The notes under the pieces: model-generated
The model's database searches: none
Told to the model about the DNA's origin: nothing
Seen by the model: only the letters and a program-made list of their open reading frames with translations
Source: Hyphococcus sp.
GTDB lineage: Bacteria > Pseudomonadota > Alphaproteobacteria > Caulobacterales > Parvularculaceae
Reading direction: 5' to 3'
NCBI GenBank assembly: GCA_021776245.1
Contig: JAJFGF010000037.1
Location: forward strand, 8,945 to 72,944
DNA: 64,000 bases
Program-made: the position numbers and the translations under genes
Part shown: in pieces, positions 20,193-29,816 of the stretch
Layout: each line of letters begins with the position of its first letter
How positions within the stretch are numbered: the first letter of the stretch is position 1

Positions 20193-20669
20193 TTAGGATT
20201 GATCGTCAGATTTGGTGTAGAAAATGCCGCGAATACGCTTCCCGGCGTCCGGCGCGAACTTAACCTTGCCGGTATCGACCCAATAGGTGACCTTGCCGGC
20301 TGACATGACCTGTTTGCCTTGAGTGACAATAACACGATCAAAAATCGTTATGGTTCGCGCAGCATCGTCAAAAATTGCGCGTTCCCCGGTAATCGCTTGT
20401 TTACCATTCGAATAGCGCACAGCGCCAATGGCGGTGATCGTCTGGAAATCGCCTTCGTCTGATAACTCTGCTTCTAATCGTTCAGTGGTCAGGATCGCTT
20501 CGCCCTGCACAACGCGGACATGTCCGGTCCAGACAGCGAGACCTTCCTGAAATTCAGCGGCGTCGCCAGTGATATCGACCGGTTCGTCGCTGGTGGCGGC
20601 GAGTTGGGCCAATGCGGCGCCTGATGTAATCGTCAAAAATGCAGTCAGCCATAAAATTCTTCGTGTCAT
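20193..20669 (-). CDS. lptA: LPS transport periplasmic protein LptA (OstA-like)
   Basis: 158-aa secreted ORF between lptC and lptB. It overlaps the lptC stop by 4 nt. Confidence 0.8.
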   Translation of the reverse strand: MTRRILWLTAFLTITSGAALAQLAATSDEPVDITGDAAEFQEGLAVWTGHVRVVQGEAILTTERLEAELSDEGDFQTITAIGAVRYSNGKQAITGERAIFDDAARTITIFDRVIVTQGKQVMSAGKVTYWVDTGKVKFAPDAGKRIRGIFYTKSDDQS

Positions 20670-21433
20670 TGCGGTTCGTTGATCTCCACGTCTTTCAATT
20701 CGGGCGCCTCAGTTTCGTCAGGCTGGGCATCAACTGCTTTCGGGTAAATGCGCATACTGACATTTCCTTCAAAGACAATGCGGCCTTCGGCGTTATAGGC
20801 TTTCATGCTGTCTGCCTTAAGTGCGCCGCCGCCAGGCCCGTCGCCGCCGACGCCAGCGTTGCTGGATACTAATTCGTCTTTGATGTCGACAGTTGCCGCC
20901 GGCGACCGAAAGACATAAACATTATTGCCGATTTCATGTTCCAGCATGACGCCTTCTGAAAGTTGCAGAATATTTACGTCCCGCCGAAATAATCCTTTGT
21001 CGGCAGTAACGACAGAAGTCTCATCGGCGTCCCCTTGAACGGCTCGCGGTTTTTCGAGCGCCACAAGGTTTTTGTCTTCCGCGGCCTGTATCGCGGCATT
21101 TGCCGTGATCAAAAAAGGCCGGCCGTTTTCGTCAACACCAGTGAAGCGGGGGTTGGCCATCCGCAGCTCATCTGGCGAGGCGGAGATGTCTTCGAACTCT
21201 TTGAGAAACGCCTGATCGACACTTTGGTTTTGCGTGTTGAGGAAAAAGGCAGCAACCAGGACCAACGCAAAAATCGGCAAAGCGATACGCAATCGCCTGA
21301 CCAAGCGGGATCGCGAAGCCGCCCGATCACCGGTGGTGCGCGATTTCAGCGGCAGGTTTTCTAAAACCGCACGTCCTTTAATGGGCCGGCCACGCGCCGT
21401 ATCTCCACCATGTCCGGCGCTCCCGTCGCTCAT
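20666..21433 (-). CDS. lptC: LPS export system protein LptC
   Basis: 255-aa ORF with a single TM anchor, positioned upstream of lptA. Confidence 0.65.
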   Translation of the reverse strand: MSDGSAGHGGDTARGRPIKGRAVLENLPLKSRTTGDRAASRSRLVRRLRIALPIFALVLVAAFFLNTQNQSVDQAFLKEFEDISASPDELRMANPRFTGVDENGRPFLITANAAIQAAEDKNLVALEKPRAVQGDADETSVVTADKGLFRRDVNILQLSEGVMLEHEIGNNVYVFRSPAATVDIKDELVSSNAGVGGDGPGGGALKADSMKAYNAEGRIVFEGNVSMRIYPKAVDAQPDETEAPELKDVEINEPQ

Positions 21434-21601
21434 TCAGATTGCGTCCTCAAAATCGATCAAATTGGCGCTTGGGGCCATCCGCTATCGCTGACCACGCCGA
21501 TTTTCCACATAACCCACCATATAGTCTCCCCGCAGCCGGATGGAAGCAAGAGGCGTCAAATAGTCGTCAGGATTTCGCCGACGGAAATGTTCCCAAAACG
21601 C

Positions 21602-22261
21602 CTAGGAATGCGCGAAAATATCGGTTTCGGGCCAGCCGGCGAGATCGAGGTCGGCGCGGGCAGGGAGAAAGCCAAAACACGCATGGGCCAGATGTGCCCT
21701 GCCTTCCCGCGCGAGCATTACGTCAAGTTTCTCTTTTAAGTCGTGAAGATAGAGGACATCTGAAGCGGCATAATCGATTTGCGCTTTGCTCAGGGTTTCA
21801 GCGCCCCAGTCAGACGATTGCTGCTGTTTGGATATCTCAATCCCCAGAAGCTCGCGTGTGAGGTCTTTGAGGCCGTGGCGGTCGGTATAGGTCCGGCAGA
21901 GCCTTGATGCGATCTTGGTGCAGTAAATCGGCTTTGTTTGGATGCCCAGCCAGTGCCTGAAGGCGGCAATGTCAAAGCGGGCGAAATGGAAGATTTTTTC
22001 GACATTCTCGTCCGCCAGCAGCGATTTCAGGCGCGGCGCCTCATAGTTCTTGCGGTTCAGCTGAACCAGATGCGCGTCGCCGTCGCCCGCCGAAAGCTGG
22101 ACCACGCAAAGCGGATCGCGTTGCGTGATCAGCCCCATGGTTTCGCTGTCAACAGCGACGACGGGCCCTAAATTAAGCCCTTCGGGCAAATCGCCCTGAT
22201 GAAGATGATTGGTCACTTGTGGTCCGACGTCCTTCGGCGCGCGTTGCATTGGCCCCGCCAT
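21602..22261 (-). CDS. rnd: ribonuclease D-like 3'-5' exonuclease (short form)
   Basis: 219-aa ORF with DEDD motifs: VAVDSETMG, the FHFARFD region and YAASDVLYL. Confidence 0.85.
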   Translation of the reverse strand: MAGPMQRAPKDVGPQVTNHLHQGDLPEGLNLGPVVAVDSETMGLITQRDPLCVVQLSAGDGDAHLVQLNRKNYEAPRLKSLLADENVEKIFHFARFDIAAFRHWLGIQTKPIYCTKIASRLCRTYTDRHGLKDLTRELLGIEISKQQQSSDWGAETLSKAQIDYAASDVLYLHDLKEKLDVMLAREGRAHLAHACFGFLPARADLDLAGWPETDIFAHS

Positions 22262-22323
22262 ATCACTGACCGGTTAATTTTGAAAATCCGTTATATTGAG
22301 GGCCCGGAGGAAGGGGCGCTTTG

Positions 22324-22857
22324 CTATCGTGCTTCGCCGCGCCGCCGTCCGCGCGGGACAGTAAATTCGATGCGCGACCCGCTCGGCTCATAAACCATCA
22401 TATGGGTCGTCGGTCCTTCACCCATAAATTCAGGTCCAAATTCCATTTCAACGCCCGGAAATGATTTCAGAGTTGCATAGATTTCATCAAGTGTTTCCAA
22501 ATCCGGCACGGTGAGGGCGAGGTGATGCAGCCCGATATTGGTTTTACGGTTAAAGGGCCTTGCGGCTTCTGGATTTGCCGCGCGCCAAAGCGTGACGAAT
22601 ATTTCACCGTCGGTGACAAAAACGGATGGGTAATCCGGGTCGCCGCCAGCGGTCTCCCAGTGCAACGCTTCCGTAAAAAAAGCAACTGACGCGTCAAGAT
22701 CACGCACGGTCAATCCTACATGGTTGAGCCCGCCGGTTAGCGCCGCCGGTTTGCTGTTGACGGCGTCGGTCGCTTGCGCCGCTGCTAAACCGATTGAATT
22801 TGCATTGGCGGCAATCGCCACGAGCAGGATTGAAACCAAAATCGGACGCTTTGCCAT
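22324..22857 (-). CDS. secreted VOC/glyoxalase family protein
   Basis: MAKRPILVSILLVAIAANANS signal peptide followed by a VOC domain (LNHVGLTVRDLDASVAFF). Confidence 0.7.
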   Translation of the reverse strand: MAKRPILVSILLVAIAANANSIGLAAAQATDAVNSKPAALTGGLNHVGLTVRDLDASVAFFTEALHWETAGGDPDYPSVFVTDGEIFVTLWRAANPEAARPFNRKTNIGLHHLALTVPDLETLDEIYATLKSFPGVEMEFGPEFMGEGPTTHMMVYEPSGSRIEFTVPRGRRRGEAR

Positions 22858-22948
22858 GACCAACGTGCTCCCTGATGCGTGAGGTGAGCCCACCCGCATT
22901 GGCGCGGCCGGTCAATTCAAGATTGCTTGATGATGTTGTGGCGGCCAA

Positions 22949-24124
22949 TTACGCCGCTTTGCGCACAATCACAGAGCCTGCAGAATATCCGGCGCCGAAG
23001 CCGCAGATAACGCCGATATCGCCTGCGTTGAAATCCTGCCGGTGTTTGTGAAAGGCGATGATCGATCCTGCAGAGGACGTGTTGGCGTATTCATCAAGTA
23101 CGACAGGCGCTTCCTCGAGGGTTGCGTCGCGGCCCAGGACTTTGCGCGCGATAAACTCGTTCATCGCCAGATTGGCTTGATGTAGCCAGAAACGCTTGAC
23201 CTGCGCCGGCGCGATATTGACTTCGCGAAGATGCGAAATGATCAGCTCACCCACCATCGGGACCACCTCTTTGAAAACCTTTCGGCCCTCCTGAATGAAG
23301 AGCTTGTCGGTAAAAGGGTCGGCTTGAGGGTCCGCCGCTGCGCCGGTCTCGCGCTCGCAATGATTGAGGAATCCAAAATTGTTGCGAATATTATTTGAGA
23401 ATTTGGTTTTGAGGCGCGTTCCGACGATATCCCAGGCTTCGTTGCGGGGGGCGCCGTCGGCGCGTTCCAGAATAACGGCCGTTGCGACATCGCCAAAAAT
23501 AAAGTGACTGTCGCGATCACGGAAATTGAGATGCGCCGTGCAAATTTCCGGGTTGACCATCAGGATGCGGGTTGCGCCGGCGCGGATCAGGCCGAGCCCG
23601 GTTTCAATTCCAAAGGTCGCAGACGCACAGGCGACATTCATGTCAAAGCCAAATCCGTCAATACCCAGCGCATCCTGTATTTCAACAGCGACGGCAGGGT
23701 AGCCGCGCTGCATGTTCGATGCGGCGCAGATGACGCCGTCAATATCGTCTGGACCCAAATCAGCCGTTTGCATTGCATCGTGGGCGGCGTTGACGGCCAT
23801 TTCCGCCAATACCGCCAGATCTTCATTGGCGCGCGCGCCAATCTTCGGCGCCATGCGCTCTATATCGAGAATGCCGGCTTTATCCATGACAAAGCGCGAC
23901 TTGATGCCGGAGGCTTTTTCAACAAATTCAGCAGAAGATTTCTGTAGAGGGTCAATGGCGCCCGCCGCTATTTCGGCGGCATTGTCCCCGTTAAATTTGT
24001 CAACAAAATCGTTGAAGGCCGTGACAAGTTCCTCATTCGAAATTGCATGCGGCGGCGTAAAAAGACCGGTTGAGATAATGCGTATATCGGCATTGGCGGA
24101 ATCAGACATGGAGCGCGCCTTCAA
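22949..24124 (-). CDS. beta-ketoacyl-ACP synthase III-like condensing enzyme (long form)
   Basis: 391-aa ORF with the active-site Cys in NVACASATFG, plus WLHQANLAM and GFGAGYS (His/Asn region). Confidence 0.85.
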   Translation of the reverse strand: MKARSMSDSANADIRIISTGLFTPPHAISNEELVTAFNDFVDKFNGDNAAEIAAGAIDPLQKSSAEFVEKASGIKSRFVMDKAGILDIERMAPKIGARANEDLAVLAEMAVNAAHDAMQTADLGPDDIDGVICAASNMQRGYPAVAVEIQDALGIDGFGFDMNVACASATFGIETGLGLIRAGATRILMVNPEICTAHLNFRDRDSHFIFGDVATAVILERADGAPRNEAWDIVGTRLKTKFSNNIRNNFGFLNHCERETGAAADPQADPFTDKLFIQEGRKVFKEVVPMVGELIISHLREVNIAPAQVKRFWLHQANLAMNEFIARKVLGRDATLEEAPVVLDEYANTSSAGSIIAFHKHRQDFNAGDIGVICGFGAGYSAGSVIVRKAA

Positions 24125-24185
24125 CTCTTAATAGGTTCGGGAGGAATTTGCGCTGTTCTTATTGCCCACGCAACCGGCCCGGTGA

Positions 24186-24776
24186 TTAACGGGTGAGTTT
24201 TTGTACCGCTTTATGGCGCGGACAGGCGGTCTCATGGTCATTGACCATCCCCACAGCCTGCATGAATGCATAAATGATGACCGGGCCGCAGAATTTGAAG
24301 CCAAGCGATTTGAGCGCTTTCGACATGGCTTCACTCTCAGGCGATTTCACACGAATGTCCCGATCGCTTTTCACTTTGTTGATGATGGGCTTGCCGTCAA
24401 CAAAGTTCCATAGATATTCGGAAAAGGCGCCGGGTCCGTTTTCCATCATTTCAAGATAAATCTTCGCATTGCCGATCGTTGCATTGATTTTGGCGTTTGA
24501 CCGGATGATTCCGGCGTCATTCATCAGGCGTTCGATCTTTTTAGGTTGATAGCGGGCAATCTTTTCAGGATTGAAGCCGTCAAAAGCTTTTCTGAAATTG
24601 TCGCGCTTATAGAGAATTGTGCGCCAGGAAAGCCCCGCCTGAAAGCCGTCGAGAATCAGCTTCTCAAAAAGCGCGCGACCATCATATTCCGGCACGCCCC
24701 ATTCCTCGTCATGATACTGACGGTAAATCGGATCGTCCACGGGCGCCCACAGGCAGTGATATTTTTTTGCGGTCAT
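24186..24776 (-). CDS. tag: DNA-3-methyladenine glycosylase I
   Basis: 196-aa ORF with CLWAPVDDPIYRQYHDEEWGVP and the C-terminal zinc ligands. Confidence 0.93.
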   Translation of the reverse strand: MTAKKYHCLWAPVDDPIYRQYHDEEWGVPEYDGRALFEKLILDGFQAGLSWRTILYKRDNFRKAFDGFNPEKIARYQPKKIERLMNDAGIIRSNAKINATIGNAKIYLEMMENGPGAFSEYLWNFVDGKPIINKVKSDRDIRVKSPESEAMSKALKSLGFKFCGPVIIYAFMQAVGMVNDHETACPRHKAVQKLTR

Positions 24777-25186
24777 CAGATATGATGAAACAGCTTTAAT
24801 AACCAGAAGATAACAATCAGAATCTGGACAAGGAAGAATGCAAACCGGATGAGCACAAAAATGCTGCTTGTTGAAATCAGATGCGTGATCGATTGGGCAA
24901 GGCGCGCGCCGAGAAAAATTATCGCAAGGCCATCGGTGGCCGCTGTCTGGCCGGTTGCAATCGCATAGAGAAGGACGAAGGCGGCGGCCGGCAACAATTC
25001 ATAGCAATTGGCGTGGGCGCGCGTGAGGCGCTTGCCGAAACCCTCAAGATCGTCGCCGGTTGCGCCAAAAGAATTGGCGGCGCGGCCTCCCGTCACAACC
25101 AGATAAGAGCGTAGAACGCCAAGGCTCATCACAAGGACGAGGGTCCAGGCAACCAGGCTCAGCAATACCATTGCAGTGGGCGTCAT
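24776..25186 (-). CDS. MAPEG family membrane protein
   Basis: About 136 aa with four hydrophobic helices. The start was moved to MTPTAMVLLS. Confidence 0.55.
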   Translation of the reverse strand: MTPTAMVLLSLVAWTLVLVMSLGVLRSYLVVTGGRAANSFGATGDDLEGFGKRLTRAHANCYELLPAAAFVLLYAIATGQTAATDGLAIIFLGARLAQSITHLISTSSIFVLIRFAFFLVQILIVIFWLLKLFHHI

Positions 25187-25321
25187 AATGTTTCCTCCAG
25201 CGATGGGTTGGCGGGGAAAATAGAGCGCATTCAAAAAAAGTGTAAGCGGTTTTTGGGTTCGAATGCGCGATAAAACAATGAATTAGACAGGGTCGTGGAT
25301 TACGTCGTTTGCGAACGTAGT

Positions 25322-26137
25322 CTAGTCCTGTTTCATATAATCGGGAACCAAAAGCTGCAGCGCCCGCCCGTCACAAACAGGGGCGAGGCCGCTGGATTTG
25401 GTTTTTCCCCAACGATCAAGACGGATGAGCGCCAGCGCCCGTCCGCCGCAGCCGCTCAGGATTTCACCCAGCGTTGAATCTCCGGCGGTGACGGACGCAC
25501 CTTTCGCAGGCGGCGATCCGTCGAATTCGGCAATGAGCGTGCGCTTGCGAACTTCGCCTTTGCGTTTCATGCGGCTCGTGACTTCCTGGCCGACGAAACA
25601 TCCCTTTTTGTAACTGACGGCGTCCAGAGCGTCGTAATTGACATCGAGGAGAAAGATCTCGTCGGAGGCAAAATCCTTGCCGAATTCGGGCGCGCCGAGG
25701 CTGATGCGGCGTTGTTCGTAATCCATGTCGCCGCCATTTGGTTTGCCAGGCGTGATCGCGCGCCAGCCCAGCGCCTCAAGCCGCGGATCTCGAAAAGTGA
25801 CCGCCCCGCCCCTGTCGATTTTGCTTTCTGACGCTGCGACCGAAAGGCTTTGGTCAATCTCAATCACAACTTTTGCCCGCAATTTGTAAAGCGTCAGCCG
25901 CTTTACAAGCGCAGCTGCAGCCGCAGCGCTGCAATCAAACAGAAGTTCCCCGTTATTTTCTACAATGAAAAAATCGAAAAGGATTTTCCCCTGAGGGGTT
26001 AACAGCGCTGCAAAGAGCGCCCGGTCCGGCGACAGAATTTCAATATCCTGCGTAATCAGTCCCTGTAAAAATATGCGGCGATCCTCGCCTGTGAGGCGGA
26101 TGACAGCACGATCGGAAAGGGCGACAGGCTCGGACAT
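25322..26137 (-). CDS. ygfZ: folate-binding Fe-S cluster repair protein YgfZ
   Basis: Signature KGCFVGQE. The start was moved to MSEPVALSDRAVIRLTG so that it no longer overlaps divergent pyrC. Confidence 0.85.
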   Translation of the reverse strand: MSEPVALSDRAVIRLTGEDRRIFLQGLITQDIEILSPDRALFAALLTPQGKILFDFFIVENNGELLFDCSAAAAAALVKRLTLYKLRAKVVIEIDQSLSVAASESKIDRGGAVTFRDPRLEALGWRAITPGKPNGGDMDYEQRRISLGAPEFGKDFASDEIFLLDVNYDALDAVSYKKGCFVGQEVTSRMKRKGEVRKRTLIAEFDGSPPAKGASVTAGDSTLGEILSGCGGRALALIRLDRWGKTKSSGLAPVCDGRALQLLVPDYMKQD

Positions 26138-26225
26138 GGACACGGATGTAGGAGGCTTTCCGGCAAATGCAAAGCCAGCGCGAACAGTGATGGACGCGGC
26201 TGCGCTCGTGGCATAGAAGACGCCA

Positions 26226-27569
26226 ATGGCCATATCTTTCGATCTCATTTTGCGCGGCGGCGTTGTCGTCAATCATGACGGAGAGGGCGCACGCGATATC
26301 GGCGTGCGCGACGGAAAAATTGCGGAAATCGGCGTCGCGTCCACGGCGGATGCGGGCGAAGTGATTGACTGCAGGGGCCTGCATATTTTGCCCGGCGTGA
26401 TCGACAGCCAGGTGCATTTCCGAGAGCCGGGGCCGACCCATAAGGAAGATCTTGAAACCGGGAGCCGCGCGGCGGTGCTGGGCGGCGTCACGGCTGTGTT
26501 CGAAATGCCGAACACGCATCCTCTGACGGTCACCAAAGAAGCGATCGAGGATAAGCTGGCGCGGGCGCGCGGCGAGGGCGGGCATGGCGGCATGTTCTGT
26601 GACCATGCATTCTACGTCGGCGCGACCCACGGCAATCCGCAACAATTGGCGGCGCTTGAAATGGAGCCGGGTGTAGCCGGCGTCAAAATTTTTATGGGCG
26701 CGTCAACCGGCGATCTGTTGGTCGAAGACGATGAAGGCGTACGCGCGGTGCTTGCTCATGGCCGCCGCCGTGTCGCTATACATTCTGAGGATGAATATCT
26801 TTTGCGTGAAGGTAAAGCGCGCGCGCGGGAAGGCGATTGGACGTCGCATCCGGAGGTCAGAAGTGTTGAGGCGGCAGTGCGGTGTACGGAGCGTTTGTTG
26901 CGGCTGGCGCGAGAAACGAAACGACGCATCCATGTCCTGCATATTTCGACGGCGGACGAAATTCCAATCCTGGCGGCGCATAAAGATATCGCCACCGCCG
27001 AAGCAACGCCGCAGCACTTAACGCTCGCTGCGCCGGAATGTTATGAGCGCCTTAAAGGTCTTGCGCAAATGAACCCGCCGATTCGCGAAACCCATCACCG
27101 GGAAGGTATTTGGCGCGGCGTTGCGCAAGGCGTGATCGACGTCATCGGTTCCGATCATGCGCCGCACACGCTCGAGGAAAAATCCAAAAAATATCCAGCC
27201 TCGCCGTCGGGCATGCCTGGCGTCCAAACGCTTGTGCCCGTGATGCTTGACCATATCGCCAATAGGCGGCTTAGTCTCGCGCGGTTTGTTGATCTTGTCT
27301 GCCACGGCCCTAATCGGATTTTCGGCATTGCCGGCAAGGGCCGCATCGCGACCGGTTATGACGCCGATTTCACGATTGTTGACCTCAAGGCCAAGCGGGT
27401 GATCACTGACGCCTGGTCGGCCTCTAAATCCGGCTGGACGCCCTTTGACGGCATGGCTGTTACGGGCTGGCCAATAGGCGCAATCATCCGCGGGCGCCGC
27501 GTCATGTGGTCCGATGAGATTATCGGCGAGGCCGCCGGCGCGCCGGTGCGATTTCAAGAGGCGCTTTAA
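26226..27569 (+). CDS. pyrC: dihydroorotase (cyclic amidohydrolase superfamily)
   Basis: 447-aa ORF with DLILRGGVVVN ... PGVIDSQVHFREPG ... GSDHAPH. Confidence 0.88.
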   Translation: MAISFDLILRGGVVVNHDGEGARDIGVRDGKIAEIGVASTADAGEVIDCRGLHILPGVIDSQVHFREPGPTHKEDLETGSRAAVLGGVTAVFEMPNTHPLTVTKEAIEDKLARARGEGGHGGMFCDHAFYVGATHGNPQQLAALEMEPGVAGVKIFMGASTGDLLVEDDEGVRAVLAHGRRRVAIHSEDEYLLREGKARAREGDWTSHPEVRSVEAAVRCTERLLRLARETKRRIHVLHISTADEIPILAAHKDIATAEATPQHLTLAAPECYERLKGLAQMNPPIRETHHREGIWRGVAQGVIDVIGSDHAPHTLEEKSKKYPASPSGMPGVQTLVPVMLDHIANRRLSLARFVDLVCHGPNRIFGIAGKGRIATGYDADFTIVDLKAKRVITDAWSASKSGWTPFDGMAVTGWPIGAIIRGRRVMWSDEIIGEAAGAPVRFQEAL

Positions 27570-28055
27570 GGTTGCGGCTCGCCTCGTCGTTCTGTGTGAC
27601 ACGGGCAATATTTTCGGTTTCGCGCCAAAGCTCTGCAAAAATGATTTCAGCACCAAATGATCAGACGCGGCTTTAAATGCCTTCGAGGCATAAAACTCTT
27701 GCGGCGTCATAAATCCGAATTGTTGAGCGTCGCCAGACATCGTCTCGGCCACCATTTGCATGGGCCAGTCAATAAATATTCGTTGCGCGATCTGTTCTTC
27801 AAGGATTGGCGTACTACCGCTGTGACGCGGGTCATTTTGAATGCGCGCGAAACAGGCGCGAACGGAATTTTCAGGACCTTCAAGAACCTGCGCGAAACTG
27901 CCGTCGTGATAAAGCAAAACCCCTGTGATGTTTTCTTTGACGTTGCGAACGCATGCCGCCGCGAGCAAATTACCAAGCTCCCTTGCGGTCGCCAACCGCG
28001 TAGCGGCGCTCAGATAGAAAACACGCAACATGCTACAAATGGCCTTTTTTGCCAT
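27018..28055 (-). CDS. BLUF-domain blue-light sensor; the open frame continues antisense into pyrC, so the true 3' end is uncertain
   Basis: The N-terminus RVFYLSAAT ... ITGVLLYHDGSFAQVLEG ... RHS matches BLUF, with the conserved Tyr and Gln. From 27569 down to 27018 the frame is antisense to pyrC and the sequence looks non-protein-like. Confidence 0.7.
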   Translation of the reverse strand: MAKKAICSMLRVFYLSAATRLATARELGNLLAAACVRNVKENITGVLLYHDGSFAQVLEGPENSVRACFARIQNDPRHSGSTPILEEQIAQRIFIDWPMQMVAETMSGDAQQFGFMTPQEFYASKAFKAASDHLVLKSFLQSFGAKPKILPVSHRTTRRAATLKRLLKSHRRAGGLADNLIGPHDAAPADDCAYWPARNSHAVKGRPAGFRGRPGVSDHPLGLEVNNREIGVITGRDAALAGNAENPIRAVADKINKPRETKPPIGDMVKHHGHKRLDARHARRRGWIFFGFFLERVRRMIGTDDVDHALRNAAPNTFPVMGFANRRVHLRKTFKALITFRRSER

Positions 28056-28137
28056 CTGCAGTATTTTATTAAAATCTTAAGGTGGTGTGTTAGAACAACC
28101 TTAACGTGTGTTTAGGATGCGACGTTTGTCACCAGCC

Positions 28138-28599
28138 CTACTGCAGGCGTTCGCTGGTTGAATCGAGATCTTCCGCAGCCAGCGCGTCGTCTGCCATCAC
28201 CTCATAGAGCGGTGCGGTAAGACGCGCGATGATGTCGTCGCCTTGTTGTGCGCGGACAGCGGCATGGTCACGGGCGCGCCGGTCACAGACGACATAGCGC
28301 CGCTGCGCATCGCGATAAGCCTTGTTGAAGCTGGTAACCATTTCCTGCCGCGCGGCGGTTTGCGGCTCTTCCAGTTCGACAAGACGCTTCATCCGATCAC
28401 GCCACATATCGCCTTCAAAACGCGGCTCGCAAGTTCGACGAATATGATGGAGGGCGCCAAAGACGGCCGAGATCGCGACAAGATCTTTTTGGCGTTGTTG
28501 ATAGCTGGCGAAATCCTGCGCTGACGCGGAGGGCGACGCCACCGTGGACGCCAGAGCGATTGCGGTGAGGGTTACGGCAATGACAAAGCGCATATTCAT
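28138..28599 (-). CDS. TIGR02301-like conserved secreted protein
   Basis: 153-aa ORF with a signal peptide and the pattern LHHIRRTCE ... WRDRMKRLVELE ... FNKAYR. Confidence 0.55.
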   Translation of the reverse strand: MNMRFVIAVTLTAIALASTVASPSASAQDFASYQQRQKDLVAISAVFGALHHIRRTCEPRFEGDMWRDRMKRLVELEEPQTAARQEMVTSFNKAYRDAQRRYVVCDRRARDHAAVRAQQGDDIIARLTAPLYEVMADDALAAEDLDSTSERLQ

Positions 28600-28632
28600 A
28601 TCAACCTTTCACAGCAGAAAATTATAGCGGGA

Positions 28633-29070
28633 TTATGGCCGGTCGCGAAAGGCGCCCCGGACATCAACGGCGCGACGGATGGCCTGACGGGTCACATCCC
28701 AGGAAAGCCGGGCGATCGCTGTCTCGACGGAGACAAATTCCGCCTCGATGGCGTCGTCGCCTGGGCAAGGCTTTCCTGCGGTCCATTCAGCGACATAATC
28801 GATTAGCACCATATGCGAGGTGAATTGGCCATCGGCGGGCGTGATCGCATCGAACACGTCCAGCAGGCCGATGAGTTCAATTTCAACGCTGGTCTCCTCG
28901 CGCACTTCGCGGATGACGGCGTCCCTGACGCGCTCACCGAATTTGAGGCCGCCGCCGGGAATCGACCACTCACCCTTAAACGGGGCTTTGCCGCGTTTGA
29001 TAAGGAGGACGTCGGCGCCGCGAAAAACGACCGCGCCTACGCCGATGGATGTGGTCTCGCCCAGGCTCAT
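28633..29070 (-). CDS. NUDIX hydrolase
   Basis: Nudix box GGGLKFGERVRDAVIREVREETSV. Confidence 0.88.
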   Translation of the reverse strand: MSLGETTSIGVGAVVFRGADVLLIKRGKAPFKGEWSIPGGGLKFGERVRDAVIREVREETSVEIELIGLLDVFDAITPADGQFTSHMVLIDYVAEWTAGKPCPGDDAIEAEFVSVETAIARLSWDVTRQAIRRAVDVRGAFRDRP

Positions 29071-29093
29071 GACTCACCTGATAAGATGTTTTT

Positions 29094-29816
29094 ATGTGTG
29101 GACGCTATTTATTAAAATCGACGCCGGCCGAGGTTGGGCTGCTTTTCGACCTCGATATTCGCGATAATTTTCCGCCGCGCTACAATATCGCGCCGACCCA
29201 GCCGATTGCGGTCATTTGTCAAAATGAAAGACGCAAACGCGATTATGCGCTGATGCGCTGGGGATTTATTCCGGAGTGGCAAAAAGCGCCTTCGGCGCGC
29301 CCGCTGATCAATGCGCGCGCCGAAACGATTGTGGAAAAGCCTTCATTCCGCCCGGCCTACAAGCGCCGTCGCTGCCTCATTCCCGCAGACGGATTTTATG
29401 AGTGGCGCTCCGGGGGCGGGGTCAAGCAGCCCTATTGCATCCAGCGTCACGACGATGGGTTGTTCGCGTTCGCAGGCATTTGGGAAACCGCAACAGATCC
29501 TGATGGCGGTGAAATCGATACGGCGGCAATTCTGACAATTGCCAGGGGTTCAGATTTGCGTGCGCTTCATCATCGCGAACCGGTGGTGATTGCGCCGAAG
29601 CATTTTTCCGCCTGGCTCGAGGCCGACGAACGCGACATTGCGATGCTCGATGATTTGCTGGCGCCGGCGCCCGCCGGATCCTGGAGATATTTTGCCGTAT
29701 CAAATGCGGTCAATAATGTGCGTCACGACGGTCCAGTGTTGATCGATAAAACTCAGACGCCTGATGACGTTGACAAACCAGCGGCGCAGCAAGTGCAGCC
29801 TGATTTGTTTTTCTAG
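29094..29816 (+). CDS. SOS response-associated peptidase (SRAP/YedK family)
   Basis: Starts MCGRY (catalytic Cys2). NARAET and the FYEW motif are present. Confidence 0.9.
   Translation: MCGRYLLKSTPAEVGLLFDLDIRDNFPPRYNIAPTQPIAVICQNERRKRDYALMRWGFIPEWQKAPSARPLINARAETIVEKPSFRPAYKRRRCLIPADGFYEWRSGGGVKQPYCIQRHDDGLFAFAGIWETATDPDGGEIDTAAILTIARGSDLRALHHREPVVIAPKHFSAWLEADERDIAMLDDLLAPAPAGSWRYFAVSNAVNNVRHDGPVLIDKTQTPDDVDKPAAQQVQPDLFF

Noticed and set aside
26040-26645. 201-aa minus-strand ORF across the ygfZ/pyrC junction
   Set aside because: It is antisense to the well-supported pyrC N-terminus and out of frame with ygfZ.
29813-29816. Convergent SRAP and gamma-CA genes sharing a CTAG at their stops
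   Set aside because: This is a real 4-nt tail-to-tail overlap, but such overlaps are common in compact genomes and not informative.
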